Assembly (NCBI GenBank): GCA_965113315.1
Contig: OZ220367.1
Source of the DNA: Podarcis vaucheri
Taxonomy: Eukaryota
DNA length: 64,000 nucleotides
Reading direction: 5' to 3' (one strand)
Positions within the stretch are counted from its first letter, which is position 1. Every line of letters starts with the position of its first letter. Shown one piece after another: positions 36,606-50,100 of the stretch. Made by a program: the position numbers and the translations under genes. The notes beneath the pieces were generated by a model. It was not told where the DNA came from and made no database searches. It worked only from the letters and a program-made list of their open reading frames with translations.

Positions 36606-37604
36606 TATTTTATAGGAAAGTGCAGTTGCTCTTATTTAAATGAATAAATGTTCATGCGCACCTGTCTTTGCCCTTTGCCTTTGTTTCTCAAGTAGAAGCC
36701 CCGTGGCAGGTGAACTATAATTCAAAATATCTGGATCGTTTTCTATGGGGCCAGTAGTGATTTCTCCCTGCTTCAGGGAAGACCATGCTAGAAGACTTGA
36801 AAAGGATGTGGTCCTTTGTATCTAAGGGTGTCCTGACAACCAGTGTTAGTGTCAGTTGTGATTTTAAAGCTGGATTTGTCAAATGTGTGGTGTGTGGGTT
36901 GGCTGTGAGTGATTGTTTAGGAGTTCCAGCTGGTACAAAAAATGCACCAGCCTGTCTCTTGTCTCCTGACAGGAGTGGGTCACTAGCAGTATGTTTCACT
37001 CATGCTTTGGCATCTGCAGTGGTTCCTCATTCGCTTCTGATCACGAAAGGCTTTTTTATGTTAGTTTAGGCCTAGTGTACTCCTGTGTTCCACTGAAATC
37101 TTTGTGGTTGACAAAGAAACGCCTCTTGACTCAGCCATTCATTCTAGTGTTGAGGGGAAGCAGAATTACCCAAAGCTGTATTGCTTTATTCCCTGGAAGA
37201 TTACAACCCCCCCCCAAAAAAAAAACAACAACAACCCTCAAGCCATATCTTTTAGCAAGTGTTAAAAAGTTTTTTGTTTTTTGCTGTTTTGTTTTTGCTC
37301 ACTGGGCCTAAGCCAATCAAGGTTAGATTTTTTGGTAGATGCTGTTGTAGTGTAATATTTACTTTGATTTTGGCTTCTGTTACCTGTCCTGTAGTAGACT
37401 GAGTATTTTAAAGAATGCAAATTAGCAGTCAATCATGAGTCTGATATGCAGTTGTATTTTGAGTTAGCTAGTCTGGTATTGATGTCCTAATATTCATCAG
37501 GACCTTGACATGTGGATCTGCATTTGTCCAGGGGATGGAATGCTGTATTTTATTGAGGAGAGGTAGTTTGAAGTTGCATCCTTGCCATGGACTCATTTGT
37601 AGTA

Positions 37605-37840
37605 TTATTAATAATAATATTTATTCATTTTTTATTTATTCCCCCCCCATCTGGCTGGGTTTCCCCAGCCACTCCAGGTGGCTTACAGCATATATCAAAA
37701 CATAATAAAACACCAACCATTAAAAACTTCCCGAAACAGGGCTGCCTTCAGATGTCTTCTAAAAATTATGCAGTTCTTTGTCTCCTTGACATCTGAAGGA
37801 GTTCCACATGGAGGGCGCCACTACCAAGAAGGCCCTCTGT
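37605..37840 (-). mobile_element. L2-like LINE 3' end
   Basis: (AAT)n/(AATA)n-type tail followed by typical 3' end (gagttccac...gccactacc.agaaggccct); related fragment at 36400-36436. Confidence 0.7.
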
Positions 37841-38408
37841 ACTGTTACATATGAAGGACTGTATGTCTTGTGCTCACTACATGGTGGTATTGTATAATCC
37901 TAGGCTCCTTGTTGATCTTTTAATAGGAAACATCTTGAATCGGTTCCCTAAACACAGTGGCTGGATGTCAAAATAACTGCATGCAATGGAAGAATAATGG
38001 TGGTGGTGTTGAACATGCCGTCTTGGTTTGAGCCCTCTTTAGTACATGGGGCCACTGCATTTCCAAGTTTCTTTACTGAACACTGAAAAATTCAGGAGTA
38101 CTCCAATGAGTATGTGATAGGTGTTGCCCATGTATAATCAGTCGTTGCATTTATGTCTGGGAATAAACTTCGTCTTAGGTTACTGTAGATGGTAACTATA
38201 AGGAAGGCAATGGATTGACTTTCCCCACAATGTATGGGGTAGATCATCTGGTTAATCCCTTTGCATGTGCCTTATTGAACATACCATTCTATTGAGGTCA
38301 GAGTTTTGCCACATAAAGTGAAATCTGTTGAATGTCAGGTGCGGCTGAAACAACAAGGTTGTTACCAGATGCCTGGGGGAACTGGGGTACTGTTGTTTGG
38401 GAAACTAA

Positions 38409-38627
<219 letters not shown>

Positions 38628-40704
38628 TGATTATCTGGGAGCTATAATTGCACTAAGGAAAGTTGACACCCTACCTTGGAGGATTAGTACCATAACATTG
38701 TTACATTGTAAGTTTTTTCTTACAGCATAGTCCTATGCATGCTGACCTGAAAAGGGCTCAGTGAATTCAATAGGACTTTACTGAGTCCCAGTAAGTGTGC
38801 ATAGGATTGCAGCCTTAGTTTGGGCATTAATGCACAGATCGACCTAGCATTGGTAATACTGTTCCTGAAATGCTACTCTTTGTTTTTAAATGATTCTTTT
38901 AAAACTCCAGAACATTTGCAGTTTCACAAACCAGGAAATTCACCAAGAGTTTGTCTTGCACCAATGCCATTAAAATCAACAGGAGTTGTGCAGGACACTG
39001 CAGTTTGTAAGCCATTGGAGTCAATTGAAAAATATTTATTGTGCAAACGCCATTAATTCCAGCAGGGCTTGCACTGGAGTTTTATCAGACTATAATCACT
39101 ATAATATCCAAACTGCGGCTCTCAGCTTCATATTAGAAACTATAACAGAAAGATACCAAAGTTTAATGAATTCACTGCAGGAGAAGCTGCAGTCAGATGT
39201 GGGAAGGTTTCTGTCTTCCCCAGCCTGTTCCTATAGCATATTCAAGATCAGGAGGTTCTGAATAAGTTCAAAACTAATATGTAGTATGAATGCTTTGGAA
39301 AGGCATTCGGCTATATGCAATGAGTTTATTGCACTTTACTACGTGCGCCTAAAATTTATATCTGGTGTGATTCATTATGTCATTAATCATAGTCTTAGAA
39401 TGCAGATTTTTCCACAAAATTAAATTAAGAGTTGGATCATTTGAAATGATGTGCCCTTCTGCTGGCATTCTTTGTAAATTAACTCTCAAATATATTGAGT
39501 GTATAAATACCACTGAAATACTGAAGAAAACAGGATAGTAAATAATATGTCTGAAATCATAAGATGTTTACTTGGCTAGAATTTCTCCTGAAACTGTAAT
39601 ATGCACAACTGAAATAAAAATAGCAGAGTGTCCCTTACTGCCTTAAAGACTAACAAAATTGCTGCATTAATAATAGCAGCAGAAGTGTAGTTTCAAATTG
39701 GGCTTTAAACTCTTCAGAGATGGAAAGGGGGGAAATAGTAGAATTTGAGCTGGATGGAATTGTTAAAAATCAAGCCCAATCTCAGAAGCAAGGCAAGACC
39801 AGTGAAAGATCATTCAGCATAATCTAGACCAAAGTGTGCCATAGAGAGAATCTGATGTTCAGCAAAATTACTCCAGGTAACTTAAGCAAGTGAGCCAGGC
39901 CACATGCTACAGGGAAATGCTGCTAAGGACCACCAGTGTTAACTGTTTGGGTTTTTTTTTAATGCCCTGAAAAGGGAAAGCCAGCACAATAGTCAGTAAC
40001 AACACAAAGAAAGAGCCAGACTGTTTTGAAGCAACACAGCAGGTGCTCGTGTTCGCAGTTTTTCTGACTCTTCTCCTGATGGTTTGCTTTAACAAAGGGT
40101 AGTGCCAGGCTCACAGGGATCAGGATGTGCTTAAACACACTGGAACAGCTCAGGCTTAGCAAGGGAGGGGAACCGTGCTTGCTTAAACGGATGGCATTAG
40201 CCTGAGATGACTTTAGAGTTACGCAACATGCTGGCCATCAGGAAACCCTGTGCACTGGCCTGGTAAGATTTCCCAGCTGCGATCAAAGGAGTCTGCAGCA
40301 GATTACATAAACCACTGTTCAACTGGGAAACTGCTTCGAAGAAATACCTAATAAACCAAATGAACAAGGGTACACCAACCTTTTTTAAAAAAAAAAAAAA
40401 ACTTCTAATGCCTTTTCCACTTAAATAATCTGAACAGGGCTGAATGTTCCTGGGTCAGGAGACTATGATCCACTAATGGAGAGAGCTGACAGTGCAGCGT
40501 CCTGTGTTAATTAAGCGCTATACTCGATCTCCCCTTGATTTTGTCCTGTTAATTACTCACCAGAATCCTCACAGAGATGTTTTCGTTCTTGTTGCCACCA
40601 CCAGCAAGCTGTTTTGGTGCCACCCGAGAACATAATTCATTTCAGATGTTAGTCAACAGAGGGAAATGAGCCTGCAGAAAAATACTAGGGAAATCCTCTG
40701 TAAG

Positions 40705-40885
40705 GACATAAGGAAAAAGTTCATCTAGTCCAGCATTGTGTTCTCACAGTAGCCAACCAGATACCTATGGGAATCCCACAAGCAGCTCTGGGGTGCAACA
40801 GCCCTCTGCCCACTTGTGATTCCCACAACTGGCACCCAGAGGAGTCTTGCCTCTGACAGTGGAGGCAGAACATACCGTAGCTGTC
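40705..40885 (-). mobile_element. Old CR1-like 3' end just upstream of MXI1 exon 5
   Basis: acataag...catctagtccagcat..gttctcacagt.gccaaccagat motif typical of sauropsid CR1 3' ends. Confidence 0.6.
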
Positions 40886-40926
40886 AAGAAACAATAATTT
40901 GCTTGCCTTGCTTTTTATCATGGCAG

Positions 40927-41098
40927 AAACTTGAAGAGGCTGACAGGAGAAGCCAGCACCAGCTTGATAACCTGGAAAGAGAGCAAAGATTCTTAAAGCG
41001 AAGATTGGAGCAGCTGCAGGGCTCTCAGGAGATCGAGCGAATACGAATGGACAGCACTGGATCAACCATTTCCTCAGATCGCTCTGATTCAGAGCGGG
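40927..41098 (+). CDS. MXI1: MXI1 coding exon (exon 5), leucine zipper: [57 protein letters not shown]
   Basis: tggcag acceptor, 172 nt, G|gtcagt donor; lies inside ORF 40816-41364; matches MXI1 zipper and RIRMDS motif. Confidence 0.97.
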
Positions 41099-41487
41099 GT
41101 CAGTATTTCATCTGTGACTTTAGAGAAGGGTGCAGAATTTTTGAGGCTCCCTTTCCACACATCTCCCCTCCTTCAGCCCATGAGCAGCTTGAATCTAATT
41201 CACCTGGCAAGGCAGCCTGCTTTCACAGAAATCCAAAACATTATTTCTTCCGTGGTAGTTTCTTCTTTAACAAGGCTCACGGCTGGAGTCAGATGAGATG
41301 TGGTTCAAGATATCATTTTGACCCCATGCTGCTTTTCAATTCCTCTTATGGTATTGGCTTTTGATTTTCACCGCCCTGGCCCTTCACCTGGCCCTTTTCA
41401 ACACAGAAACTAGTAGCATGAAGCACAAGCCAGCGCAAAGATAATGGCTTTAAACCTAATTGATTTACCATCGCCCAATGTGCACTG

Positions 41488-41838
41488 GGGACACGGGTGG
41501 TGCTGTGGGTTAAACCACAGAGCCTAGGACTTGCCGATCAGAAGGTCGGCGGTTCGAATCCCCATGACGGGGTGAGCTCCCGTTGCTCGGTCCCTGCTCC
41601 TGCCAACCTAGCAGTTCAAAAGCACGTCAAAGTGCAAGTAGATCAATAGGTACCGCACCGGCGGGAAGGTAAACAGCATTTCCGTGTGCTACTCTGGTTC
41701 GCCAGAAGCGGCTTAGTCATGCTGGCCACATGATCCGGAAGCTGTATGCCGGCTCCCTTGGCCAATAAAGCAAGATGAGCGCCACAACCCCAGAGTCGGT
41801 CACTACTGGACCTAATGGTCAGGGGTCCCTTTACCTTT
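41488..41838 (+). mobile_element. Sauria SINE (full length)
   Basis: B box GGTTCGAATCC, tail cctttaccttta, TSD AATGTGCACTGG at 41477-41488 and 41839-41850. Confidence 0.94.
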
Positions 41839-42122
41839 AATGTGCACTGGAGTGTTTCATGTGTTGGATCCTCCAGTGACTGTGAAGAAGTGCGTGGCCA
41901 TACCCAAATGTATTTCACATTTTCTTCTTTTAGTCATGAGGGACCACAAAACATATTCGGGGAAAGCTCGCAAATTCATTTGTGGTAGAAACATCTCCGG
42001 ATGCAAATGGTACCAGTGTTGTTACTATATTTAAAATTGATTTGAAAAGCACATACTGTGAATACGTAAATGACATCACTAAGGTGTGACAAGATGATTT
42101 GCACTTCTTATCCTACATAGTA

Positions 42123-42464
42123 CAGGCAAACCTCAGAGATATTGTGAGTTCGGTTTCAGGCCACCACAATATAGCAAATATTGCAGTAAAGTGAGTCACA
42201 GAAACTTTTTGGTTTCCTAGTGCATATAAAAGTTTACACTATACTAGATGTTCACACTATGCCATAAAGTGTGCAATAGCATAATGTCTTAAAAAAACCT
42301 CCAGTGTGCATATCTTAATTAATGTGACACAGAAGCACGACATGCATATGCTGTTGGAAAAATGATTCCTCCTTGATGCAGGGTTGCCACGAACCTTCAA
42401 TTTATTAAAAACACAGTATCTGAGAAGTGCAATAAAGCAAAGTGCAAAAAATGAGGTATGCCTA
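42123..42464 (-). mobile_element. Internally deleted Tigger1-like DNA transposon
   Basis: TA|CAGGCAAACCTC ... GAGGTATGCCTa|TA; both arms match the recalled ends of the mammalian Tigger1 consensus; junction near 42320. Confidence 0.85.
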
Positions 42465-43931
42465 TAATTGGGAAGCAGCGTTAACCAGAATGATTGACAT
42501 ATTAACACTGATAAACTCGAACCTAGTCTGCCTTGGCATAATATCAGTATATGTCAACATGGGGTTCTTAGATGAGATGAAAGGAATAGCAAAAATATTG
42601 TGCCCCAAGTCATTGTGTCTGTGCAGGATCAATTAGCAGCAGCGTCTCATCTCCCTTATAACACCCTTGCTAATTTGCTCTTGCTATGCTGGACTGAAAT
42701 AAGGTGTATGTATCTGGCATAGCTATTATTTTAACCTGATTTCTACATAACCATTGAGAAATCTCAGAAGTGAAGATGTTTGATATGTTTCTCCAGGATG
42801 ACTCCAGAATATTATTATCTATTGTTTCCCCCTAGAAGTTTGTTTTACCTTCTGCGGATGGTGAGCCAGTGTGCTTGATGACCCAAAGTATTGTCTATAT
42901 ATTTTTAATGGCATGGGACACACATAATGTGCCATGTAGTTTGATACACTATGTGGATTAGTGTCCTCTTTCATTAAAGCCTGTCTTTTATGGTTGCCTA
43001 GAGGAATTTCTAAATACAGGGACACACTTGCAGGTCAAGGCTCTTTGCTGATTCAGTCATTCTAGTCTATATTTCTCCCTGAAGTGCTAGTTTTCCATAT
43101 TCCATATTTTTTTATTGTATACACTAGAGCATTTCAACATGTGTTGCATTCTGAGATAATACAGTTCTCTGCTTTGCTGTGTGCTTTTTCTAAGTGTTTG
43201 AAACAACAGACTGTAAAAGGAGACTCTGTGCTAGGCATCCATTGGTCAAGATGGCTGAAGGTCTGCATGTCTTCCTGCTCCGCAAATGACCCTTTCCTAG
43301 ACCTCATTTGCCCTTGCAAATTTAAATCTCTGAGAACTCAAAAATTTAGAATGAATCGTGCAAATTAAGTGAGAGGATGCCAATTTACTTGTATTACTAA
43401 TTCAAAGCGTAGAATGTGATAAGTGTCTGGGTATAATTTGCATGCAACGATTAATGTGCATTCCCTGGTTTGCAACAAAGCTCCTTGTTGTTGATTTGAG
43501 AAGGGCAGCAGGAGTTCAAATTTACGATATTGTATTGGTAACTATCTGCTTAATCCAAGGCTGTGCCACTAGATATGAATTTTCTCTCTTGAGCTAGCAG
43601 CTGAAAGTGATAATCTAATCAATAGCTTTCTAATCAAAATGACTGAAAATGTACTAAGCAGTTAAATAGTTGTGTAGTAATAAGCTCCTTTCCGTGCTCA
43701 GGAGCGCTCACCAATAATTTAAAATGTTTAATCCAAAATCTGTTAAATTGGGAGTCCAAATCAGCTGGCACCAAATGGGCTGTAATAATAATTCTTTCAA
43801 AACATTGTTTAATATAACGACATTTTCCTGCCTTCTGTTCTTCCTTTTTCCTCAATGATACAACACTAGACATTTCCAAGCAAATCTCATGATGTGGCCA
43901 GGACCTTTTGCCATTCTTGATTGAACAGTGA

Positions 43932-44138
<207 letters not shown>

Positions 44139-47100
44139 AGCATGGTGCTAGGGCAGAGCAGATGATTTCTTTGGGGTAGTTGAAGTTCACACAGCAGAGC
44201 TCTTAGATACAGTATTTTTCTTCTCCGAACCGCACTTCAACAGCTAAGCTTGGACAGATGCAACTCTAGAATAGCTCTGTGGGTCCACAGGAGGGTGGGA
44301 ACCTAACAGGGGAGTCAGTCAGTCTCCATACTGTCATAGTCCAAAATACTGACTTAGTGCTGAACCCATAGCTATTTTGACGTCTGAAGCAGGACTCCAG
44401 TTGTGCACAGCTGGACTGAGATTTGCCCATGTATAAGTGGATAGCTTTGCTAAGAGATTATTTGATTTGGACAAGGGATCTTGGTTATTCTGGCCCCAAT
44501 CCTTTTTCTCAGTTTGTCATACCTTCTGAGAAATGGAATTTTTTCCATCTTCCAAATTTAGCAAGCTTTGTTAAGAGCCCTTGTGGTGCTAAATATAAAT
44601 AAAAACGTTAGTCCAATATCTCATGATGATGATCTAACGCTAGTCCCAGATTGTGGGACAAAAGTAGCCCAGGTGATACGTTTCTTGGACCAGCCTCTTC
44701 TGATGAGTTTGCACAATTTTATGAATTACAAAACTCCCTTTTTCATTCTCCTTAAAATCCCATCACTTGATTGAAGCTTCTTTCCCCCTTTAACCTGAAC
44801 GCGAGAACTATGGGAAGTTCTTGTGTACTCTCACCAGCAGTAGCTAGTCCAGTCAACACCTTCTGCCCACTAGGTTTCTCCAGTCAGCTCTGATCATTAT
44901 TACCTAAGAGATAACAATAATAGTTAGAAGCTCTGCTCATCCCCTGTGAAAAGAGAGGTGCTGCAAATCTGGAAGCAATTCTCATTCAGCTCAACTTTTC
45001 AGCTGGACATTGTTTCAAGGCAAGAGCTTGTGCCGCATTATTTAGCACTAGGTTGTTGAGCTGTAAAATACCAGCACACAGTGCAACTGCTCTCTGGATT
45101 CAATGGCTACAGCAGTAACTCCTTGTCTATAGAGTGATGCTTCTGACAGAGCGAGACAGACAGACATACAAGCCTGTAAAAGATATGTTGTGCAGGAAAG
45201 GCACAGCCTCCATTCTGAGCCGCAATGATCCTTTTTTTTTTTCCTTTTGCAAATTATTTTGATAAATGTTTGTAAAAGTTGTTCAGGTGAGAGAACCTAC
45301 ATGCAACAATGTCTTTTTAGAACTCGTAGGCATGATTCTGCAGATGTCTTTTGTAACTAACACCAATGGAAAGGGACCCGTTTTTCTGCTGCCATGCACA
45401 AAAGGAACAGGGAACTCTCCTCGGGTTTTATGGCTCTTCCTTTTGATTTCCTTTATGGATTCCCTTTGCAAACTTTGCCACCTGGATCCAACCATAGTTG
45501 TGGGCCCACAGTTAACATGGCATGTGTCTCACAGTTCCTCAGGGGATGCCTCCCACTCTCCCTGAGCAGGAACTGTTGCAGTTGTCTTGCTGTTAACAAA
45601 ATAAGATTGTATCCAATTTTTAAAAAATGATTTTCCTTTTGCGATAAGCTTTCTAACCTGCACTTTGAGGTCTTCTTTGCTTTCACTTTTAAGTTTTTAA
45701 CTACAAGGATTTTTATTATTGTTCCTTTACCAAGTTTAAACTTCTTTTTTTAGAGACCTCATTTATGACACTTGTTTGAGACTTAAGTAATTTGCCTACC
45801 CCGTAATTACTAAGGGGAAAAAAAGAGAAAAAGAGAAAAAAATGCTTTATAAAATTCATAACTTATTGCTGATTATAATTATTGGGTTGTTAATTTCAGT
45901 CCTGTAGATTTTTAATTTTATTATTCTTTAGATAGGGCTGGGCGACAAAAAACAAAAAAACAAAAAAAAAACAAGGTAACCTCATTTAGCAGTGCAGTGG
46001 AATTGTGTTTAAATGTTAGCATATGGTTCTGCTTAATAGTAGCACTTTAACACCATTAAACATTTCTGTATCTGAAATGCACTGTGTTCTGCCATTTTGG
46101 TCACTCATGATAATATTTTAGAATTCCCATGTTCTTGTGCCTGGAAGTTTTTTTAAAAACCTATTGGCCATGTGATTAGATGACCCCAAATGACCTCTCA
46201 TGTAGATCTTGTCTTGATACTGATATGCTGCGTGTATGTTTGAACCCACATGTTATCCATTCACCCCAGAGCTATTACTGTGTCATATAATACAAGACAC
46301 AACTTTAGAACCTGTGTCATGAAATAGAAGCATAATCCCACCAAGGTTATAATGTGTAATATAGAGCTGGGGTTTTTTGTTTTTTATTTTGTTTGGTAAA
46401 GCCTGGATCCAGTTGTTGTTCTACATTAATCTTCCCTAGGTGACTCTATAAACATTCTGGTTTACTGCATGTGGTACTCTCTCCCTCTAGTGGCTGGAAT
46501 AAGAACCCATTAGTTGTAGTTAATGGGAGTAAAACGTTCAGCTGAACCAGTAGCAACAACTTTTATAGTACTGAGGTCTGTTAATTGGCCCATAATCTGC
46601 ATGTGTGAAGCTATAGCGTCCCAGCACAATTCTTTGGGGCTGTCAGAATGACTGGCGAGAACTCAAAATGAGCCAAAATTGTAGTACTGAGTTGTGTGGG
46701 TAGCCTTGGTTTGTGATTTTGCAGACACAAAAATCTGTCCCACTGACATCCTTTGAGTCCATTTCTGATCACAGGAGCTCATGTAGCAGAGTACATGCTT
46801 TGAAGGTAAAAGGAGTTGAGTTCAAACCCTGACATCTCTGGTTGGAAATTTTTTTTTAGAAGGACTAGAAAAATGATGAGCCTGGAAAGTTGCTGTCCAG
46901 ATGTTGAATACTGATCTGATTTAAGTGCTGTTATGTGTCAAGATCATGTAAAAAATAATTAGATGGGAAGGACGGACAAGTCTCTTCATGCATTACTTTG
47001 TTGAAGGGGTAACATGACTGTTCCTGGACTCTCTTGAAGAATGTTTGGGGAGGAGGAATTTCCTAGCTCCATAGATTCCCAGAATGATTTAGAATGTTGG

Positions 47101-50100
47101 GGAGTCTACACTGATAAAAAGGTTCTCTCCTTAAGAAGTTATTCCTCAACAAGGCACCAGGAAGAGCTGTGTGTGACCTTTGGGTTAGAGCTAGACACAC
47201 AACCTCCCTTTGTATAATAAGTAACATATAAAAAAGATTCTACCTACACTAAATTCTGCACAAGCACAATATAAACCTAGAGGGTCTTTGAAGTGTTGCT
47301 CTAGAATCACATATAACAGTTTGTATGTTAAAGAGCCACTGCAGCAAGGTACAACAGGCTAAATATGTATGTTATGTTAGCCATTCTATTAAAAAAAAAA
47401 AATGAAAAGGGTACGTTTGCTTAACTTAGTCATAGTGATAGCCAGAAAGCAGCTCAAACTTCAATATAACATCTAGAAAAGATTTTATTTCCCCATGTTC
47501 ATTAAATTGAATTTATATCTTGAAATTTCCTCTTGTTCCTTACACTTGAGATTAATTTATATGTAATCTTCTCCCCCTCCCCATGTCTAATTTCTAATGT
47601 GACCCTATGCATGTTTGCTCAGGTCACACTGTGTTCAGTGTTTCACTTTCAGATAGACGTGCCTATATCTGTAGACTTGAGACCCAAAAGTTAAATGTGA
47701 CTTTGCATTTGGCATACAGCTTGCATCAGCTGCAGGAATGGGCCATTTCCAAAACTAGTAATCCCATATAGGTGCATCACCAGGCCTTGAATGGCTGGGA
47801 AATTCTATTCACCCAAAAGCTAATGAACATAAAAAGGCTAAACTGACTTCATTATCACCAAGACTGTTGACATTCATGATGCTTACTGAGAAATATATCA
47901 GTCCAGGTTTGTCTTCATCTTGGTGAAAGCTCTTATTTGAGGTATTTGTCACTGTTAATGCTTGTGTGGGTAATGCCAAGAATGGATGTGACCTTACTAT
48001 ATCCAGAAGATACGCAAGAGTTATGTTTGTTTTCTGCCACCTAGGAAATGATGGACATAAGCAACCACTAGTGAGGTTGCTAGTGTCTATGTTTATTCTC
48101 TCTCTAGGATTAGGCATGGATATTTCCAAACCTTGCTATAGGAGAGCCATACTCCTGGAGATGCGGGGATTGAACTCTTTCCATGCAAATCATGTGCCCT
48201 ATATCTGAGCTTTTTTGAATGTGATGAAAAATGGAAGCAGCAGCTGTACATGCATGGCCACTTTTCCCTGAACAGTCTTGAGTGAGGCAACTAGACAGCA
48301 CTGAACTTCAAACTCGTGCAATGTGATGGACTATATGACTTGGAGCACACTATGGCACTTCAGTTCAAAGACAGTAACATACTAGTGGAATGGGCTAATA
48401 TGGGCAATAACAACTTACAGTTAATTAAAATTCATGATTCTCAGAAACTTGAAACCCTCTTTTGTTGTGACTTCATCTTTTGCTCTTCAGACTTCATGCA
48501 CTGAGGAGCTGGAAACTGCAGTTCCAGTAGCACATGATTGGTCATGCAACATAAAAGTGGGAAAAGGGTTGTGAGTTAAAGGAGATTTAACCAATGTGAA
48601 CCAATGATCTTAGCTTCCAGAGGCAGAGCACCAGGACCAGTTGATGTACCATGGTCTGCATCAGATCAATGGCGTTAGAGAAACTGGCAAATGTTAGAGC
48701 CAACTGAAAGCAGTTGTTACTGTTCACTCTTCACCTATGGCCTAATCCTTAGCCATTTTACAATGCTGTAACAACTGGCCTCCCTGGTGCACAGTCTACA
48801 CCTGCCATCATTAAATTACGCCACTGGAAAGTTCTAAACAGTAAGATAATTTACAAAAGAAGGAACACTAAAAACAGAACCGTCAACATCAAGAATTGTT
48901 CATTTTTCTCCTCTCTAGCCAAGTTGCAAATAATTTTTTTAACTGTACTAAACACTATCCACTATTTCTCTGTTCAGCTGGTCAAACCAGTGCGGGTATA
49001 TATAAGCCAGTGTCAGAACTATTTTTTTAAAATGCTAAAGATGCTTTTAGAAAAACAGAGGAAATTTGGATGTAAATGCTACTAAAATAGCTATGAATAT
49101 CTACGTCCTCATACTTCAGATACCACTAGCATTTACGTAGTTTGCCCCCACCCCTCTTGATTCCTTGTAGTACAATATGATCTTGGTTTTAGTATATTAC
49201 TCTATTAACAACCACTGCATACAGAAGGAACCTGCTTCTATGACTATAACAGGACTAAAGCTCAGGGCCAACTCAGATCACTGTACACAAAATAGCTGGG
49301 GGGGGGGGAGAGAGAATGCACAAACGGTCTACACTGGACTAACCTTCAGCTCAATACTAGGCAGAGGATCCAGCATCAGGAGTTCAAGAAACAATGGTTA
49401 CTGCGGCATGCCAAAAGCTGAATGCTGCATGTGGCTGTGGGTGTATAAGACAAGCTGCTAATGAAAACGGCAGGATTTTCCAGTAGCTACTATTGCAAAA
49501 CTTCTACGTGTGTGAATCAACCTTCAGCTCCTTTCCTATTTTCTGTACATTTAAGATAGATATTTAAGTAAAGTTACTTACCTGAAGTGGCTACCTTCCT
49601 CACCCACCCCCAAATGCAAGCTACAGTAGCATTGTACAGTTTCTCAAATACACAGCTATCCTTAATTTCTGTTACAAAAGCAGCAGGGACCAAGTCATAC
49701 ACAAAGAGTTCAACAGGCTGGTCATTTGATTACAGTGGGCTCAAGCATGCCAAACACTCTATTATACCGTGGTTAAAATCTCCAGTCAAGGAAGTGTAGC
49801 GGCATTACTGCTCCTAATGCTCTGCAAGATTAACTTGTCATACACAAACAAAAAACAATGAAATCTACAAGGCTATGTAGGATTTGAAGAGCTGAACAGT
49901 AAAATCAATTACTGAATCCAATGTGGAAGACACATATCAATTCAGACATTTGCTAGATAGAAAAATATCAGCAAGTCCTGCTAGAAATTTTACAGGAGCT
50001 AGAAATTTAGCAGGCGCTCCAACACACAACAAAATATTGCATGTCAGGAAGCTGAGTGTAAGTTATATACCCTTCCCTATAGGGACTTCAGCTGACCCCC

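Noticed and set aside
40816-41364. 182-aa ORF as a standalone gene or alternative C-terminus
   Set aside because: It is MXI1 exon 5 plus open intronic flanks; the upstream part is CR1-derived and the downstream part shows no protein-like signal.
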